Source: an uncultured Bacteroidales bacterium (GTDB lineage Bacteria; Bacteroidota; Bacteroidia; Bacteroidales; JAGOPY01). From it: a stretch of 64,000 bases of DNA. This document shows, one piece after another, positions 34,692 to 43,397 of the stretch. Position 1 is the stretch's first letter. Each line of letters starts with the position of its first letter. The notes under the pieces were generated by a model. That model ran no database searches. It was given only the letters and a program-made list of their open reading frames with translations, and had not been told where the DNA came from. Location: assembly GCA_964489545.1 (NCBI GenBank), contig CAZAZE010000001.1, positions 417,592 through 481,591 on the forward strand, written 5' to 3'. A program made the translations under genes and the position numbers.

Positions 34692-35987
34692 CTATTTCTG
34701 TTTCAATTCAATTTGACGCTCCTGTTCATCATACCGATCATAAGCGGCACGGTCGTCGGTCACGAATGCTATGGTTTTCAATGCCCTGACAGCATCCAGT
34801 GAGCCGGGGTCGAGGACAAGGACCCGTTCAAAATAGGGTTTCGCCTGTTCGAAACTTGCCACGGCATCTTCCATCAGCAGGGCGAACTGCTGATCATCCG
34901 GGGTCTTTTGAGCCAGCTCCAAAGATTGTTTGGCATTCCCGTAGTAGAGCGCGCCCAGGTTGAACAACGCGATTTCCTGGGTGGAATCCAGGGCGAGGAT
35001 CTGTTCATAGGTCATCATCGCCCGGGTTTTATCGGTTTGCTCCAGAAGAGAGGCATAGCCCAGCAGCAGGCTGACGTCATCCGGGCTGGCAGCCACTTTG
35101 CGTTCGAAAACGGCCAGGGCCTCGACATACTTTGATGGATCGCTCAGGTACAGGTCAAGTTCAAGGTTTTGCAGGTCCTTCATCGCCAGCCGGTAGTCTT
35201 CTTCCATCTGGTCCGCTCTTTTCGGGCCCAGCCGGCCTTTCATTTCGGAGAAGCGCCGGTATTCCTGCTCCATCATCCTGATCCCGTCTTGTGCTTCCTG
35301 CATGGCCTGGCTGATGCTGTCGGATTTATAGAGTGCGGCCAGGCGGTAATAGACATAAGCCATCAGGAAATCGGGTTCCTCTGGCAATTGAGCGGTGTAC
35401 AGGGTGATTGACTGACGGAAATATCCGCGGGCTGACTCCTGTTCGCCCCTGTCGAGCGCCACCTGGCCAAGCAGGTCGTTCACCAGGTAGCTATCCCGGA
35501 TCTCATGGGCCGCTTCCAGGTATTCCTCCGCCCGGTCAAGCACTTTCTCGACAGGTTTGCCCAGGTAAACCTGGTCGTTGTATTCATTCAGCGATTTCAG
35601 GCCTTCCTGCAGCAACGGGTGGTGCAGATTCTTGATTTCCATATCGATCTGCTTCCAGTATTGTCCGTTATCATGCTCCAGGCTGAGTTTAAGATCCCGG
35701 TAAGCATTGAGCAGCGCATCTACGTATCTTTTCTGATCCTGCAGGTTATCTCCGGAATAAGCTTCGCCGTGAAGGCGGATCCAGGTCAGGCCCCTGAGAT
35801 AGTAGGCTTCCGTCAGCAAATCCTTATTACCGCTGCGTTCCTGCGCGATCGCCTGGTTGAAGTATTCCAGGGCCTTCACATAATCGTCTTCCATAAAATA
35901 GTTTTTCCCCTGCTGAAACTGCATCAGCTGGGCATTGGCCAGGAGTGCATGGATCATGAGGAAAGACAGGATCAGTCTGCTTTTCAT
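34692..35987 (-). CDS. Tetratricopeptide-repeat protein (secreted/periplasmic)
   Basis: There is a signal peptide and multiple TPR-like A/Y/L-spaced helical repeats (YVKALEYFNQAI, YYLRGLTW, LFNLGALYYGNAKQ). Confidence 0.6.
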   Translation of the reverse strand: MKSRLILSFLMIHALLANAQLMQFQQGKNYFMEDDYVKALEYFNQAIAQERSGNKDLLTEAYYLRGLTWIRLHGEAYSGDNLQDQKRYVDALLNAYRDLKLSLEHDNGQYWKQIDMEIKNLHHPLLQEGLKSLNEYNDQVYLGKPVEKVLDRAEEYLEAAHEIRDSYLVNDLLGQVALDRGEQESARGYFRQSITLYTAQLPEEPDFLMAYVYYRLAALYKSDSISQAMQEAQDGIRMMEQEYRRFSEMKGRLGPKRADQMEEDYRLAMKDLQNLELDLYLSDPSKYVEALAVFERKVAASPDDVSLLLGYASLLEQTDKTRAMMTYEQILALDSTQEIALFNLGALYYGNAKQSLELAQKTPDDQQFALLMEDAVASFEQAKPYFERVLVLDPGSLDAVRALKTIAFVTDDRAAYDRYDEQERQIELKQK

Positions 35988-36022
35988 TACAGTTAATTTT
36001 TTAGATACAGGGTAACAAGCGG

Positions 36023-36619
36023 TTAAGGTTTGATGGCGATCATCCGGACCAGGTCGGCCCTGCCCTGGTGCGCCTGTCCCGCATCAACAATGGCAGCCAC
36101 CTCTTCAAGCAGCCGGATCTCCGTCAATGGGAAGTCCTGCTGAAGATCGGCGGCGGAATAGAGCATTTCCACTGCTTTTGGTCCACCGCTGGCGTTGTGG
36201 ATCTGGTTCTTCCCAAAGGCTTCCAGGATGATCCTCCCTCCGGAACGGAGCGATTGAACGGCCTTCCGATGGATCTTCCGCCGGCTTTCGGGCATCAGAT
36301 GCAGGTAGATGAGCGCGACCAGATCGTACTGTTCGTGGCCGAAGTCATAATGATCCAGGTCGTCGAGGTTATAACTGATCTGAACCAGGTGCCGCTCCGC
36401 GAGTGACAGTGCCTTATTTCGCCCTTCAGCACTGTAATCCACAGCAGTTACCCGCCATCCCAGGCGGGCGGCGTAAACCGCATTCCTGCCCTCGCCTTCA
36501 GCGGGAAGCAGTAAGTCACCGGGTTCGATGCCGGAGATCTGCTCCCTGAAAAATGTATTGGGCTCGGTTCCGTAAAAATAATGTTCCCCGGCGTAGCGCG
36601 CGTCCCACATCTCTTTCAT
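36023..36619 (-). CDS. Class I SAM-dependent methyltransferase
   Basis: The motif I-like segment is LLLPAEGEGRNAVYAARLGWRVTAVDYS, and the motif II acidic region is DLVALIYLH. Confidence 0.6.
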   Translation of the reverse strand: MKEMWDARYAGEHYFYGTEPNTFFREQISGIEPGDLLLPAEGEGRNAVYAARLGWRVTAVDYSAEGRNKALSLAERHLVQISYNLDDLDHYDFGHEQYDLVALIYLHLMPESRRKIHRKAVQSLRSGGRIILEAFGKNQIHNASGGPKAVEMLYSAADLQQDFPLTEIRLLEEVAAIVDAGQAHQGRADLVRMIAIKP

Positions 36620-36633
36620 GTCATGCGGGATGT

Positions 36634-37224
36634 TTAGTTTTCATTGGGATCGTCGGGGAAATTGATCCAGCGGGCGTACTCGGCGCCCAGTTTGCGCAGG
36701 GAGCGGCTCCAGAGCGTCGAAGGCGTGGTCTTGAGAATATCGTTGGCGGTAAGCTGGGACACCACCCAGGAATTCCGGTCCAGTTCTTCATCGAGTTGTT
36801 TGGGCGCCCATCCGGAGTAACCGATGAAAAAGCGGATCTGCTCCGGACGCAGCCGGCCCAGCGAGATCAGTTCGCGTACCCGTTCGATATCGCCGCCCCA
36901 GTATATTCCCGGGATGATCTCCATACTATTGTCCACCGTTTCACCCAAGGTGTGAATGAAAAACAAACTGTCGCTCTGCACCGGGCCACCAAGGAATACC
37001 CGCGCGTTGAATTCGGGAAAGTCTTTTACGACTTCATTGAACCGGGCCTTGATCGGTTTGTTGATGATCACGCCGAAGGTCCCGTCATCGTTGTGCTCGG
37101 CCAGAAGGACCACCGAGCGTTTGAAGAAATAATCCCACAGGAACGGCTCGGAGATCAGTATTTTTCCCCTGGCCGGCTTGATGTTATTGGTCCTTATTTT
37201 TAAGAGGTCATGAATATCTTTCAT
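36634..37224 (-). CDS. YqgE/AlgH-family protein (UPF0301)
   Basis: The family pattern is GKILISEPFLWDYFFKRSVVLLAEHNDDGTFGVIINKP...GGPV...GYSGW. I prefer ATG 37224. Confidence 0.75.
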   Translation of the reverse strand: MKDIHDLLKIRTNNIKPARGKILISEPFLWDYFFKRSVVLLAEHNDDGTFGVIINKPIKARFNEVVKDFPEFNARVFLGGPVQSDSLFFIHTLGETVDNSMEIIPGIYWGGDIERVRELISLGRLRPEQIRFFIGYSGWAPKQLDEELDRNSWVVSQLTANDILKTTPSTLWSRSLRKLGAEYARWINFPDDPNEN

Positions 37225-37295
37225 CGTCCGGGATCCTGTATGGATTAGTTCAGAATGATTACTTTTGATGTCCAAATTACAAAAATAATACCACT

Positions 37296-38675
37296 TTGGC
37301 CAGCAGGGCGGATAACTTTTCAAAATACACCGGGTTGCGCAAGTCCTTTCCGTTCTTTTCCTACGATGGGTTTGAGTACCGGTGGACCCCTGACGGGCTG
37401 GCCATCCGCTTTGATTTCAACCTTTCGGGCAGGTACCGGTTCAAGCCGCTGACGATCATCCCATTCAACAAGGATTTGTTCAAACCGCCTGAAAAAATGG
37501 CAGGCCAAATCCTGGACAGCCTGGTTTTTCATATTGGGATGATCGAGCTGATCAGTTACTGGAAAGCGGCCTGCCCGCCCAGACTGATCATCCGGCCCGC
37601 CAGGCTGACAGCCGGGCAGAGCGCGTTTTTCCGCAAGGTATATTATCATGGGCTCGGGGAATTTTTCTGGATGAATGCCATTCCGGCAGATGAACAGGGT
37701 TTCATGGAGATCGTTTCGGAAGGGATACAACCCATACAGCCTTTTGACCCGTATCCTTTGGACGGCGCCCTTGTCCCGGTCGGAGGAGGCAAGGATTCTG
37801 CAGTGGCCATGTCACTGGCCGGGCAGGCAGGCGCGAATTGGGTGCCTTTTACGGTCAATCCCCGCAGATCGGTGCTCAATGTCATCAAGGTTTCGGGAAA
37901 ACAGGAAAGCGAAACGGTAGTATTTTACCGGCAACTTGATCCCCAGCTATTGCGTTTGAATGATGAGGGCTACCTGAACGGACACACCCCCTTCAGCGCC
38001 CTGCTGGCTTTCTATTCCCTGCTGGCTGCCTATCTTACCGGCCGCAACGAGATCATGCTGGCCAACGAATCCAGCGCCAGCGACCCCACCGTTCCGGGAA
38101 CCGACATTAACCACCAGTATTCCAAATCCCTGGGATTCGAAAGGGATTTCAGAGATTATTGCAGCAATAATATTTCACCCGCGTTTAATTATTTCAGCCT
38201 CCTCCGGCCGCTTTCCGAACTTCAGATCGCACTCCTGTTCGCCGGCCTTCCCGAAGTCCACGGCTTATTCCGTAGCTGTAACGCGGGCAGCAAAACCGAC
38301 TCCTGGTGCGGCAAATGCCCGAAGTGCCTGTTTACGTTCATCATCCTGTCTCCTTTTCTGCCTCCGGACAGGCTGGAGGCCATTTACGGCCGGAACCTGC
38401 TGAACGACCGGGAATTGCTTCCCGTGTACAGGCAGCTCGCCGGCCTGGACGAGACCAAGCCTTTCGACTGTATTGGCACGCCTGACGAGGTCAGTGCGGC
38501 CATGGACAAGGCACAGGAACATTATGCAGGGCGGCGGGTACCGTTTCTCCTGCAATACCACCTCAGGACACGAATCAAACCGCAGGGCATGTTTGACCGA
38601 ATTCTCCGGCAGCTTGACCCGGTTCATTTTGTCCCTGACCATTATCTCAACCGGATAATTAAACTCTTCGAATGA
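37296..38675 (+). CDS. murL: Putative MurL-like protein (UDP-MurNAc-L-Ala-L-Glu epimerase candidate)
   Basis: It is a 459-aa protein with a PP-loop-like VGGGKDSAV motif and a Cys cluster (CNAGSKTDSWCGKCPKCLF). It overlaps a MurD-like ligase gene by 4 nt, outside any dcw cluster. The assignment rests on gene context and my recollection of the MurD2/MurL pathway. The start (TTG at 37296) is uncertain. Confidence 0.45.
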   Translation: MASRADNFSKYTGLRKSFPFFSYDGFEYRWTPDGLAIRFDFNLSGRYRFKPLTIIPFNKDLFKPPEKMAGQILDSLVFHIGMIELISYWKAACPPRLIIRPARLTAGQSAFFRKVYYHGLGEFFWMNAIPADEQGFMEIVSEGIQPIQPFDPYPLDGALVPVGGGKDSAVAMSLAGQAGANWVPFTVNPRRSVLNVIKVSGKQESETVVFYRQLDPQLLRLNDEGYLNGHTPFSALLAFYSLLAAYLTGRNEIMLANESSASDPTVPGTDINHQYSKSLGFERDFRDYCSNNISPAFNYFSLLRPLSELQIALLFAGLPEVHGLFRSCNAGSKTDSWCGKCPKCLFTFIILSPFLPPDRLEAIYGRNLLNDRELLPVYRQLAGLDETKPFDCIGTPDEVSAAMDKAQEHYAGRRVPFLLQYHLRTRIKPQGMFDRILRQLDPVHFVPDHYLNRIIKLFE

Positions 38676-40051
38676 TCAGGCTCCTGGAATCGCTGCTCGA
38701 AAGCCGGACATTGCTGATCCTCGGATTCGGCAAAGAGGGAAGGTCTACTTATGCGTTTGTCAGAACGCATTTCCCGGGTCTTGGCGTGGCGGTTTCCGAC
38801 CAGGACGAGGGCATCCGGGCCGAATTCCCCGACAGTGACCCCGCGGTCACTGTATCCCTGCATCTCGGGCCGGATTACCTGGATGCGCTGGATCAATACA
38901 GCCTGGTGATCAAAAGCCCGGGCGTGGCGCTCCCGGAACGATGGAATGCGCCGGCAGGCCAGGTCATCACCTCGCAGACCGATCTGGTTCTGGAAGCCTA
39001 CAGGGACAGGATCATCGGGATTACGGGCACCAAAGGCAAAAGCACCACCACCAGCCTGGTGCAGCACATACTGCGCACCGCCGGCGTCGACAGCATACTG
39101 GTCGGCAACATCGGCCGTCCCCCGTTCGACTACCTGTCACAGGCCGGTCCGGTCGACAGGATCGTTTTCGAGATGTCATCTCACCAGCTGGAACACACCA
39201 GCCTGGCGCCGGCGATTTCGGTCCTGCTCAACCTGTTCCCGGAGCACCTCGACCGCTATCGCAGCCTCAGCGCGTATTACGATGCCAAAATGAAGATCCT
39301 GACCGGGCAGAAGACAGGCGACGTTTTTATTTATAATGAGGATATCCCTGAGATAGCTCACCGGATTCATCAACTGGGCGCCGACCGCAGATACCTGACC
39401 TTCTCCGCCGGCATCAGGGTGGATCAGGGATGTTTCCTGGTGGGAGATGACATCTGCTTATCGGAAAACGGGGTTGTACGCAGGTACCTGGGAGCGTCAG
39501 GTGGATTCAGGCTCAGGGGCCGGCACAACCTGATGAACGCCATGGCGGCGGTCCTGGCGGCACGATCAGCCGGCGCCCCCGACGACTCGATCCGGGAAGG
39601 GCTCAGAACATTTACAGGCCTGGAACACAGGCTGGAGTATGTGGGATTATTCAGGGGCATCCATTTTTACAACGACTCTATCGCCACCATTCCCGAGGCC
39701 ACTCTTGCCGCGATCCGGGCCCTGCCGGATACCGATACGCTCATCCTGGGCGGCTACGACCGGAATCTCGATTATCAGTACCTGGTCGATGTGCTGTCTG
39801 TCTCCGGGATCCGGAATTTTTTCTTCCTGGGCCGGGCCGGGCAGAGGATGCTGGAGCTGTTCCGGGTTGAGTCGGCGGCGGGAAAAAGGCTTCTGCCCGT
39901 CAACAGCCTGGAAGAAGCCTTCGGAATCATCCCGGAGGTCACCGAGGCAGGAAAGATCTGCCTGCTCTCGCCGGCCGCGGCATCCTACGACCTGTTCCGG
40001 AACTTTGAGGAAAGAGGCAGTATCTATAAAAAACTGGCAGAAAGCCTTTAA
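38672..40051 (+). CDS. murD: MurD-family Mur ligase, candidate MurD2 (UDP-MurNAc-L-Ala:L-Glu ligase)
   Basis: The Mur ligase ATP site is IIGITGTKGKSTTTSL. The central and C-terminal domains (NLMNAMAAV, GLEHRLEYV) resemble MurD. The MurD2 subtype is inferred only from the adjacent MurL-like gene. Confidence 0.7.
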   Translation: MIRLLESLLESRTLLILGFGKEGRSTYAFVRTHFPGLGVAVSDQDEGIRAEFPDSDPAVTVSLHLGPDYLDALDQYSLVIKSPGVALPERWNAPAGQVITSQTDLVLEAYRDRIIGITGTKGKSTTTSLVQHILRTAGVDSILVGNIGRPPFDYLSQAGPVDRIVFEMSSHQLEHTSLAPAISVLLNLFPEHLDRYRSLSAYYDAKMKILTGQKTGDVFIYNEDIPEIAHRIHQLGADRRYLTFSAGIRVDQGCFLVGDDICLSENGVVRRYLGASGGFRLRGRHNLMNAMAAVLAARSAGAPDDSIREGLRTFTGLEHRLEYVGLFRGIHFYNDSIATIPEATLAAIRALPDTDTLILGGYDRNLDYQYLVDVLSVSGIRNFFFLGRAGQRMLELFRVESAAGKRLLPVNSLEEAFGIIPEVTEAGKICLLSPAAASYDLFRNFEERGSIYKKLAESL

Positions 40052-40107
40052 GCCCGCTGCCAGCTCTTCCCGGGGGAAAGATTCCCCGGTAAATAAAATT
40101 GAACAAA

Positions 40108-40407
40108 TTAAGCCTTTGGCTCCTCTTCTCCGGTCTTATCCTTCTTTGAGGATTTCGCCGGGGCTTTCTTCTTCGCGGCGGGCTTGGATTCCACTTCCTG
40201 AGGCACGGCGACTTCCGCGGCGGGCAATTCTTCCGCAACCGCTTTGGCCTTCGGCGAGGCTTTAGCCTTCACCGGCTTTTCTTCTACAGGCTTCTTCACT
40301 TCAGGAATGACCACAGCCTTACGGCTCCGGTTTTTTTTGCGCCTTCTGACTCCATATGAACCAATGACGATCTTTCCTCTCTTCGATTTTTTGTCACCTT
40401 TTCCCAT
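40108..40407 (-). CDS. 30S ribosomal protein Thx with a long Lys/Ala/Pro/Glu-rich C-terminal extension
   Basis: The N-terminus MGKGDKKSKRGKIVIGSYGVRRRKKNR matches the Thx peptide ([26 protein letters not shown] in Thermus). About 70 further residues of KPV/KAK/AKK low complexity follow. Confidence 0.75.
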   Translation of the reverse strand: MGKGDKKSKRGKIVIGSYGVRRRKKNRSRKAVVIPEVKKPVEEKPVKAKASPKAKAVAEELPAAEVAVPQEVESKPAAKKKAPAKSSKKDKTGEEEPKA

Positions 40408-40521
40408 ATGTTTAACTATTTGATTTTAACAAGTGTATTGGACAAAGTTAATAATTCTTTCCGGTTTGAGAAATCAAGAAAAAGATTTACTTTTGCAGCC
40501 TGATTTAAAAAAGCAATCATT

Positions 40522-41205
40522 ATGGCCAAAAAGCAGGACAAAACAGAAGAACGGATTGTTGCGGTAGAGGAAGCCCTGAGCAAGACAGAAAAATTTATTG
40601 AGCAAAACCAGAAGATCCTGACGATTGTTATCGCCGCCATCGTGATCGTAGTTCTCGGGTTTTTCGGCGTCAAGCGCTTTTACATGGCCCCGCGTGAGCA
40701 GGAAGCGAAAGAGCAGATGTTCATGGCAGAACGGTATTTCGAAATGGACTCCCTGAACCTCGCGCTGAACGGAGATGGGATGTATCCGGGATTTCTTCAG
40801 ATCATCGACGATTACGGGATGACCAAAAGCGCCAACCTGGCCAAATATTACGCCGGGATCATCAGCCTCAAACAGGGCAATTTCAATGAAGCCATCGACC
40901 ACCTGGATTCTTTCAAGGGCAGAGATGAAATCATCGGGCCCATGGCCAAGGGCGCCCTGGGCGACGCATACCTGGAGACCAACCAGGCTGCCAAAGCCGC
41001 CAGCGCATACCTTGATGCGGCGGAAATGAAGATCAACGACTTCACCACCCCCCTGTTCCTGAATAAAGCCGCACTGACTTATGAAATCCTGAATGATTAC
41101 AAAAAAGCGCTCTCGCTGTATGAGCGGATAAAAAACGAATATCCCACCAGCACCGAAGCCCGGGAGATCGACAAATTCATCGCGCGGGCCAAAGGGAAAA
41201 TGTAA
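40522..41205 (+). CDS. Membrane-anchored TPR-like protein (YfgM-like)
   Basis: A single N-terminal TM (ILTIVIAAIVIVVLGFFGV) is followed by a TPR-like helical domain (AKYYAGIISLKQGNFNEAI, GALGDAYLE). Confidence 0.5.
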   Translation: MAKKQDKTEERIVAVEEALSKTEKFIEQNQKILTIVIAAIVIVVLGFFGVKRFYMAPREQEAKEQMFMAERYFEMDSLNLALNGDGMYPGFLQIIDDYGMTKSANLAKYYAGIISLKQGNFNEAIDHLDSFKGRDEIIGPMAKGALGDAYLETNQAAKAASAYLDAAEMKINDFTTPLFLNKAALTYEILNDYKKALSLYERIKNEYPTSTEAREIDKFIARAKGKM

Positions 41206-41254
41206 CCCGCAGAAACAGGCAACAAAAACGAAATTCCCTCAACGATACAAGAAC

Positions 41255-41286
41255 CGCAGCGGCCATTCAACCGCTGCGTTTTTTTT
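41255..41286 (+). terminator. Rho-independent terminator
   Basis: The sequence is CGCAGCGG-CCATTCAA-CCGCTGCG followed by T8. Confidence 0.7.
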
Positions 41287-41325
41287 GGATTATTGTTAAC
41301 TTAGAGGCCTAATCCGCCGCTGCAC

Positions 41326-42285
41326 ATGAAGATCATTTTCTTTGGAACGCCAGAATTTGCGGTCGACGCCTTGGACCTGCTGCACCGTGAAGGATATGAT
41401 ATACCTGCCGTTGTCACCGCGCCTGACCAGCCCGCCGGGCGGGGCCAGGTCATGCAAAGCCCCCCGGTCAAAAAGTATGCTGAAGCCAAAGGCATCAGGG
41501 TCCTGCAGCCGGAGAAGCTCAGAGACCCGGGATTTATGAGTGTACTGGCCGGCCTCAACGCCGATCTGTTTATCGTGGTGGCATTCCGGATGATGCCTGA
41601 GCTCGTATGGAGCATGCCGCCCAAGGGGACCTTCAACCTTCATGCCTCGCTCCTGCCCCAGTACCGGGGCGCGGCGCCCATCAACCACGCCATCATGAAC
41701 GGGGAAACCGAAACCGGGCTGACCACCTTTTTTCTGCGGCATGAAATCGATACAGGCGCTGTGCTTTTCCAGGAAAAGATCGGCATCGGACCAGAGGAAA
41801 CCGCCGGTGAACTGCACGACCGGATGAAAATTGCGGGAGCCGCCCTGGTGCTTAAAACCGTGCGCGCCATCGAATCCGGCGATTTCCTGCCCCGGGAGCA
41901 GGACCTGCTCATCCCGGCCGGACGGACCCTGAAACCGGCGCCCAAGCTGTTCCGCGATGACTGCCGCATCGATTGGCAGGCAGGCCTTGAATCAGTATTC
42001 AACAAGGTCCGTGGACTGAGCCCGTATCCCGCTGCGTTCACGGTGTTCAAAGACCCTTCGGGTGCGGAATTTCCCGTAAAGATTTACCGTTGCACACAGT
42101 CCGGAGACTACTGCTGGCTCCCGCCGGGAACCGTCATCACCGACCGGAAACAAATGCTGGGCGTGACCACGCCCGGTGGAACGATCTATCTGGAAGAACT
42201 GCAGCTTGCCGGTAAAAAGGTGATGAAAGTAGCGGAATTCCTGAACGGATTCCGGATCGAATCTGACTGGAAGACGGGGGTTTAG
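41326..42285 (+). CDS. fmt: Methionyl-tRNA formyltransferase
   Basis: MKIIFFGTPEFAV...VVTAPDQPAGRG...FNLHASLLPQYRGAAPINHAIMNGETETG matches the formyltransferase core (HxSLLPxxRG). Confidence 0.9.
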   Translation: MKIIFFGTPEFAVDALDLLHREGYDIPAVVTAPDQPAGRGQVMQSPPVKKYAEAKGIRVLQPEKLRDPGFMSVLAGLNADLFIVVAFRMMPELVWSMPPKGTFNLHASLLPQYRGAAPINHAIMNGETETGLTTFFLRHEIDTGAVLFQEKIGIGPEETAGELHDRMKIAGAALVLKTVRAIESGDFLPREQDLLIPAGRTLKPAPKLFRDDCRIDWQAGLESVFNKVRGLSPYPAAFTVFKDPSGAEFPVKIYRCTQSGDYCWLPPGTVITDRKQMLGVTTPGGTIYLEELQLAGKKVMKVAEFLNGFRIESDWKTGV

Positions 42286-42390
42286 TACAATAAAATCGCT
42301 GTATCCTTAGAGAATAGAGGCTTTAAGCGATGGATTTATTAACAAACACCCGGTTTTATTAACATTTTCAAGCATTTGCGGGCTTTTCGC

Positions 42391-42420
42391 TTGACTTTTT
42401 TACTGGTTGGCTTAATTTTG
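42391..42420 (+). promoter_or_regulatory. Candidate Bacteroidetes sigma-A promoter for the HU gene
   Basis: TTG (42391-42393) is separated by 19 nt from TAATTTTG (42413-42420), which fits -33 TTTG / -7 TAnnTTTG. It lies 40 nt upstream of the ATG. Confidence 0.4.
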
Positions 42421-42459
42421 TAACGTTTTATGTAACGTTAACCTTAAAAACTTACAAAC

Positions 42460-42732
42460 ATGAACAAAGCAGAATTAATCGATGCAATGGCAAAAGAAAC
42501 CGGGATGACCAAGGCCGATGCCAAGAAAGCCCTGGAAGCATTCGTGAGCACCACCATGAAAGCCCTCAAGAAAAATGACAGGGTCGCTCTGGTTGGCTTT
42601 GGCTCCTTCTCAGTTGCCAAAAGAGCCGCAAGAAAAGGCAGGAATCCGCAGACCGGCAAGGAAATCAAGATCGCTGCCAAGAAGGTGGTGAAATTCAAAG
42701 CCGGCGCCGACCTCTCCAACACGGTGAAATAA
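42460..42732 (+). CDS. hup: HU-family DNA-binding protein
   Basis: The sequence is MNKAELIDAMAKETGMTKADAKKALEAFV...VALVGFGSFSVAKRAARKGRNPQTGKEIKIAAKKVVKFKAG. Confidence 0.95.
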   Translation: MNKAELIDAMAKETGMTKADAKKALEAFVSTTMKALKKNDRVALVGFGSFSVAKRAARKGRNPQTGKEIKIAAKKVVKFKAGADLSNTVK

Positions 42733-42754
42733 ACTTCCTTTTCGAAGTGATAAA

Positions 42755-42786
42755 AACCGGCCCTGTCAGCAAGGCCGGTTTTTTTA
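42755..42786. terminator. Bidirectional rho-independent terminator (HU / mpg convergent pair)
   Basis: The sequence is AACCGGCC-CTGTCAGCAA-GGCCGGTT followed by a T-run. An A-run precedes it for the opposite strand. Confidence 0.65.
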
Positions 42787-43380
42787 TTGCCCGGAGATGA
42801 TGTCAGTCCTGAGCAGGAAACGATAGGGCCTGGCGGCGTCTTCCCCGGCATAATCTATGCCCACCCTGGGACCCACAAAAATTCCCTCATCCGGTATAAC
42901 CATACCCCGGTCTTCAATCCAGATCTTATCACTCAAAAGATCGGTCCCGCTGTGTACATAATGTAAGCCCAGCAGGGCCGAAACGCGGCCTGGCCCTCTG
43001 CCGTTCAGTTTAACCGGGCCGTTGCCTCCTCTTCTCGACCGCATGATCTCCAGCCCTGACATGGGCAGGATCCCCCGGACCAGGACGGCGTCAGGGACTC
43101 CGTCCCTGTTCGTCACGACGTTGAACAGCGAGTGAATTCCATAACACAGGTAAACGTATGCGCAGCCGCCTTCGCGGAACATGATCTCCGTACGCGCCGT
43201 CCGTCGGCCGAGGTACGCATGCGAAGCCCTGTCGGAAACCCCGGCATAGGCTTCCGTTTCCGTGATCATGCCGGCCGTGATCCCTTCACCATTGAGATCC
43301 GTGATGAGCCATTTGCCGATCAGGTCGCGTGCGACCCGCACCACATCCTCCCGGGTATAAAAAGACCGGTCCAGTTTCAT
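42784..43380 (-). CDS. mpg: DNA-3-methyladenine glycosylase (Mpg/AAG family)
   Basis: ARDLIGKWL...ITETEAY...DRASHAYLGRRTARTEIMFREGGCAYVYLCYGIH is the AAG-family pattern. Confidence 0.85.
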   Translation of the reverse strand: MKLDRSFYTREDVVRVARDLIGKWLITDLNGEGITAGMITETEAYAGVSDRASHAYLGRRTARTEIMFREGGCAYVYLCYGIHSLFNVVTNRDGVPDAVLVRGILPMSGLEIMRSRRGGNGPVKLNGRGPGRVSALLGLHYVHSGTDLLSDKIWIEDRGMVIPDEGIFVGPRVGIDYAGEDAARPYRFLLRTDIISGQ

Positions 43381-43397
43381 AGATTGCTCCTCTCTTG

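Noticed and set aside
36553-37203. 216-aa plus-strand ORF
   Set aside because: It is antisense to the YqgE/AlgH gene and has no motifs.
40416-40902. Minus-strand ORFs of 85 and 142 aa overlapping the start of the YfgM-like gene
   Set aside because: They are antisense to, or overlapping, a better-supported plus-strand gene and the divergent promoter region. No motifs were seen.
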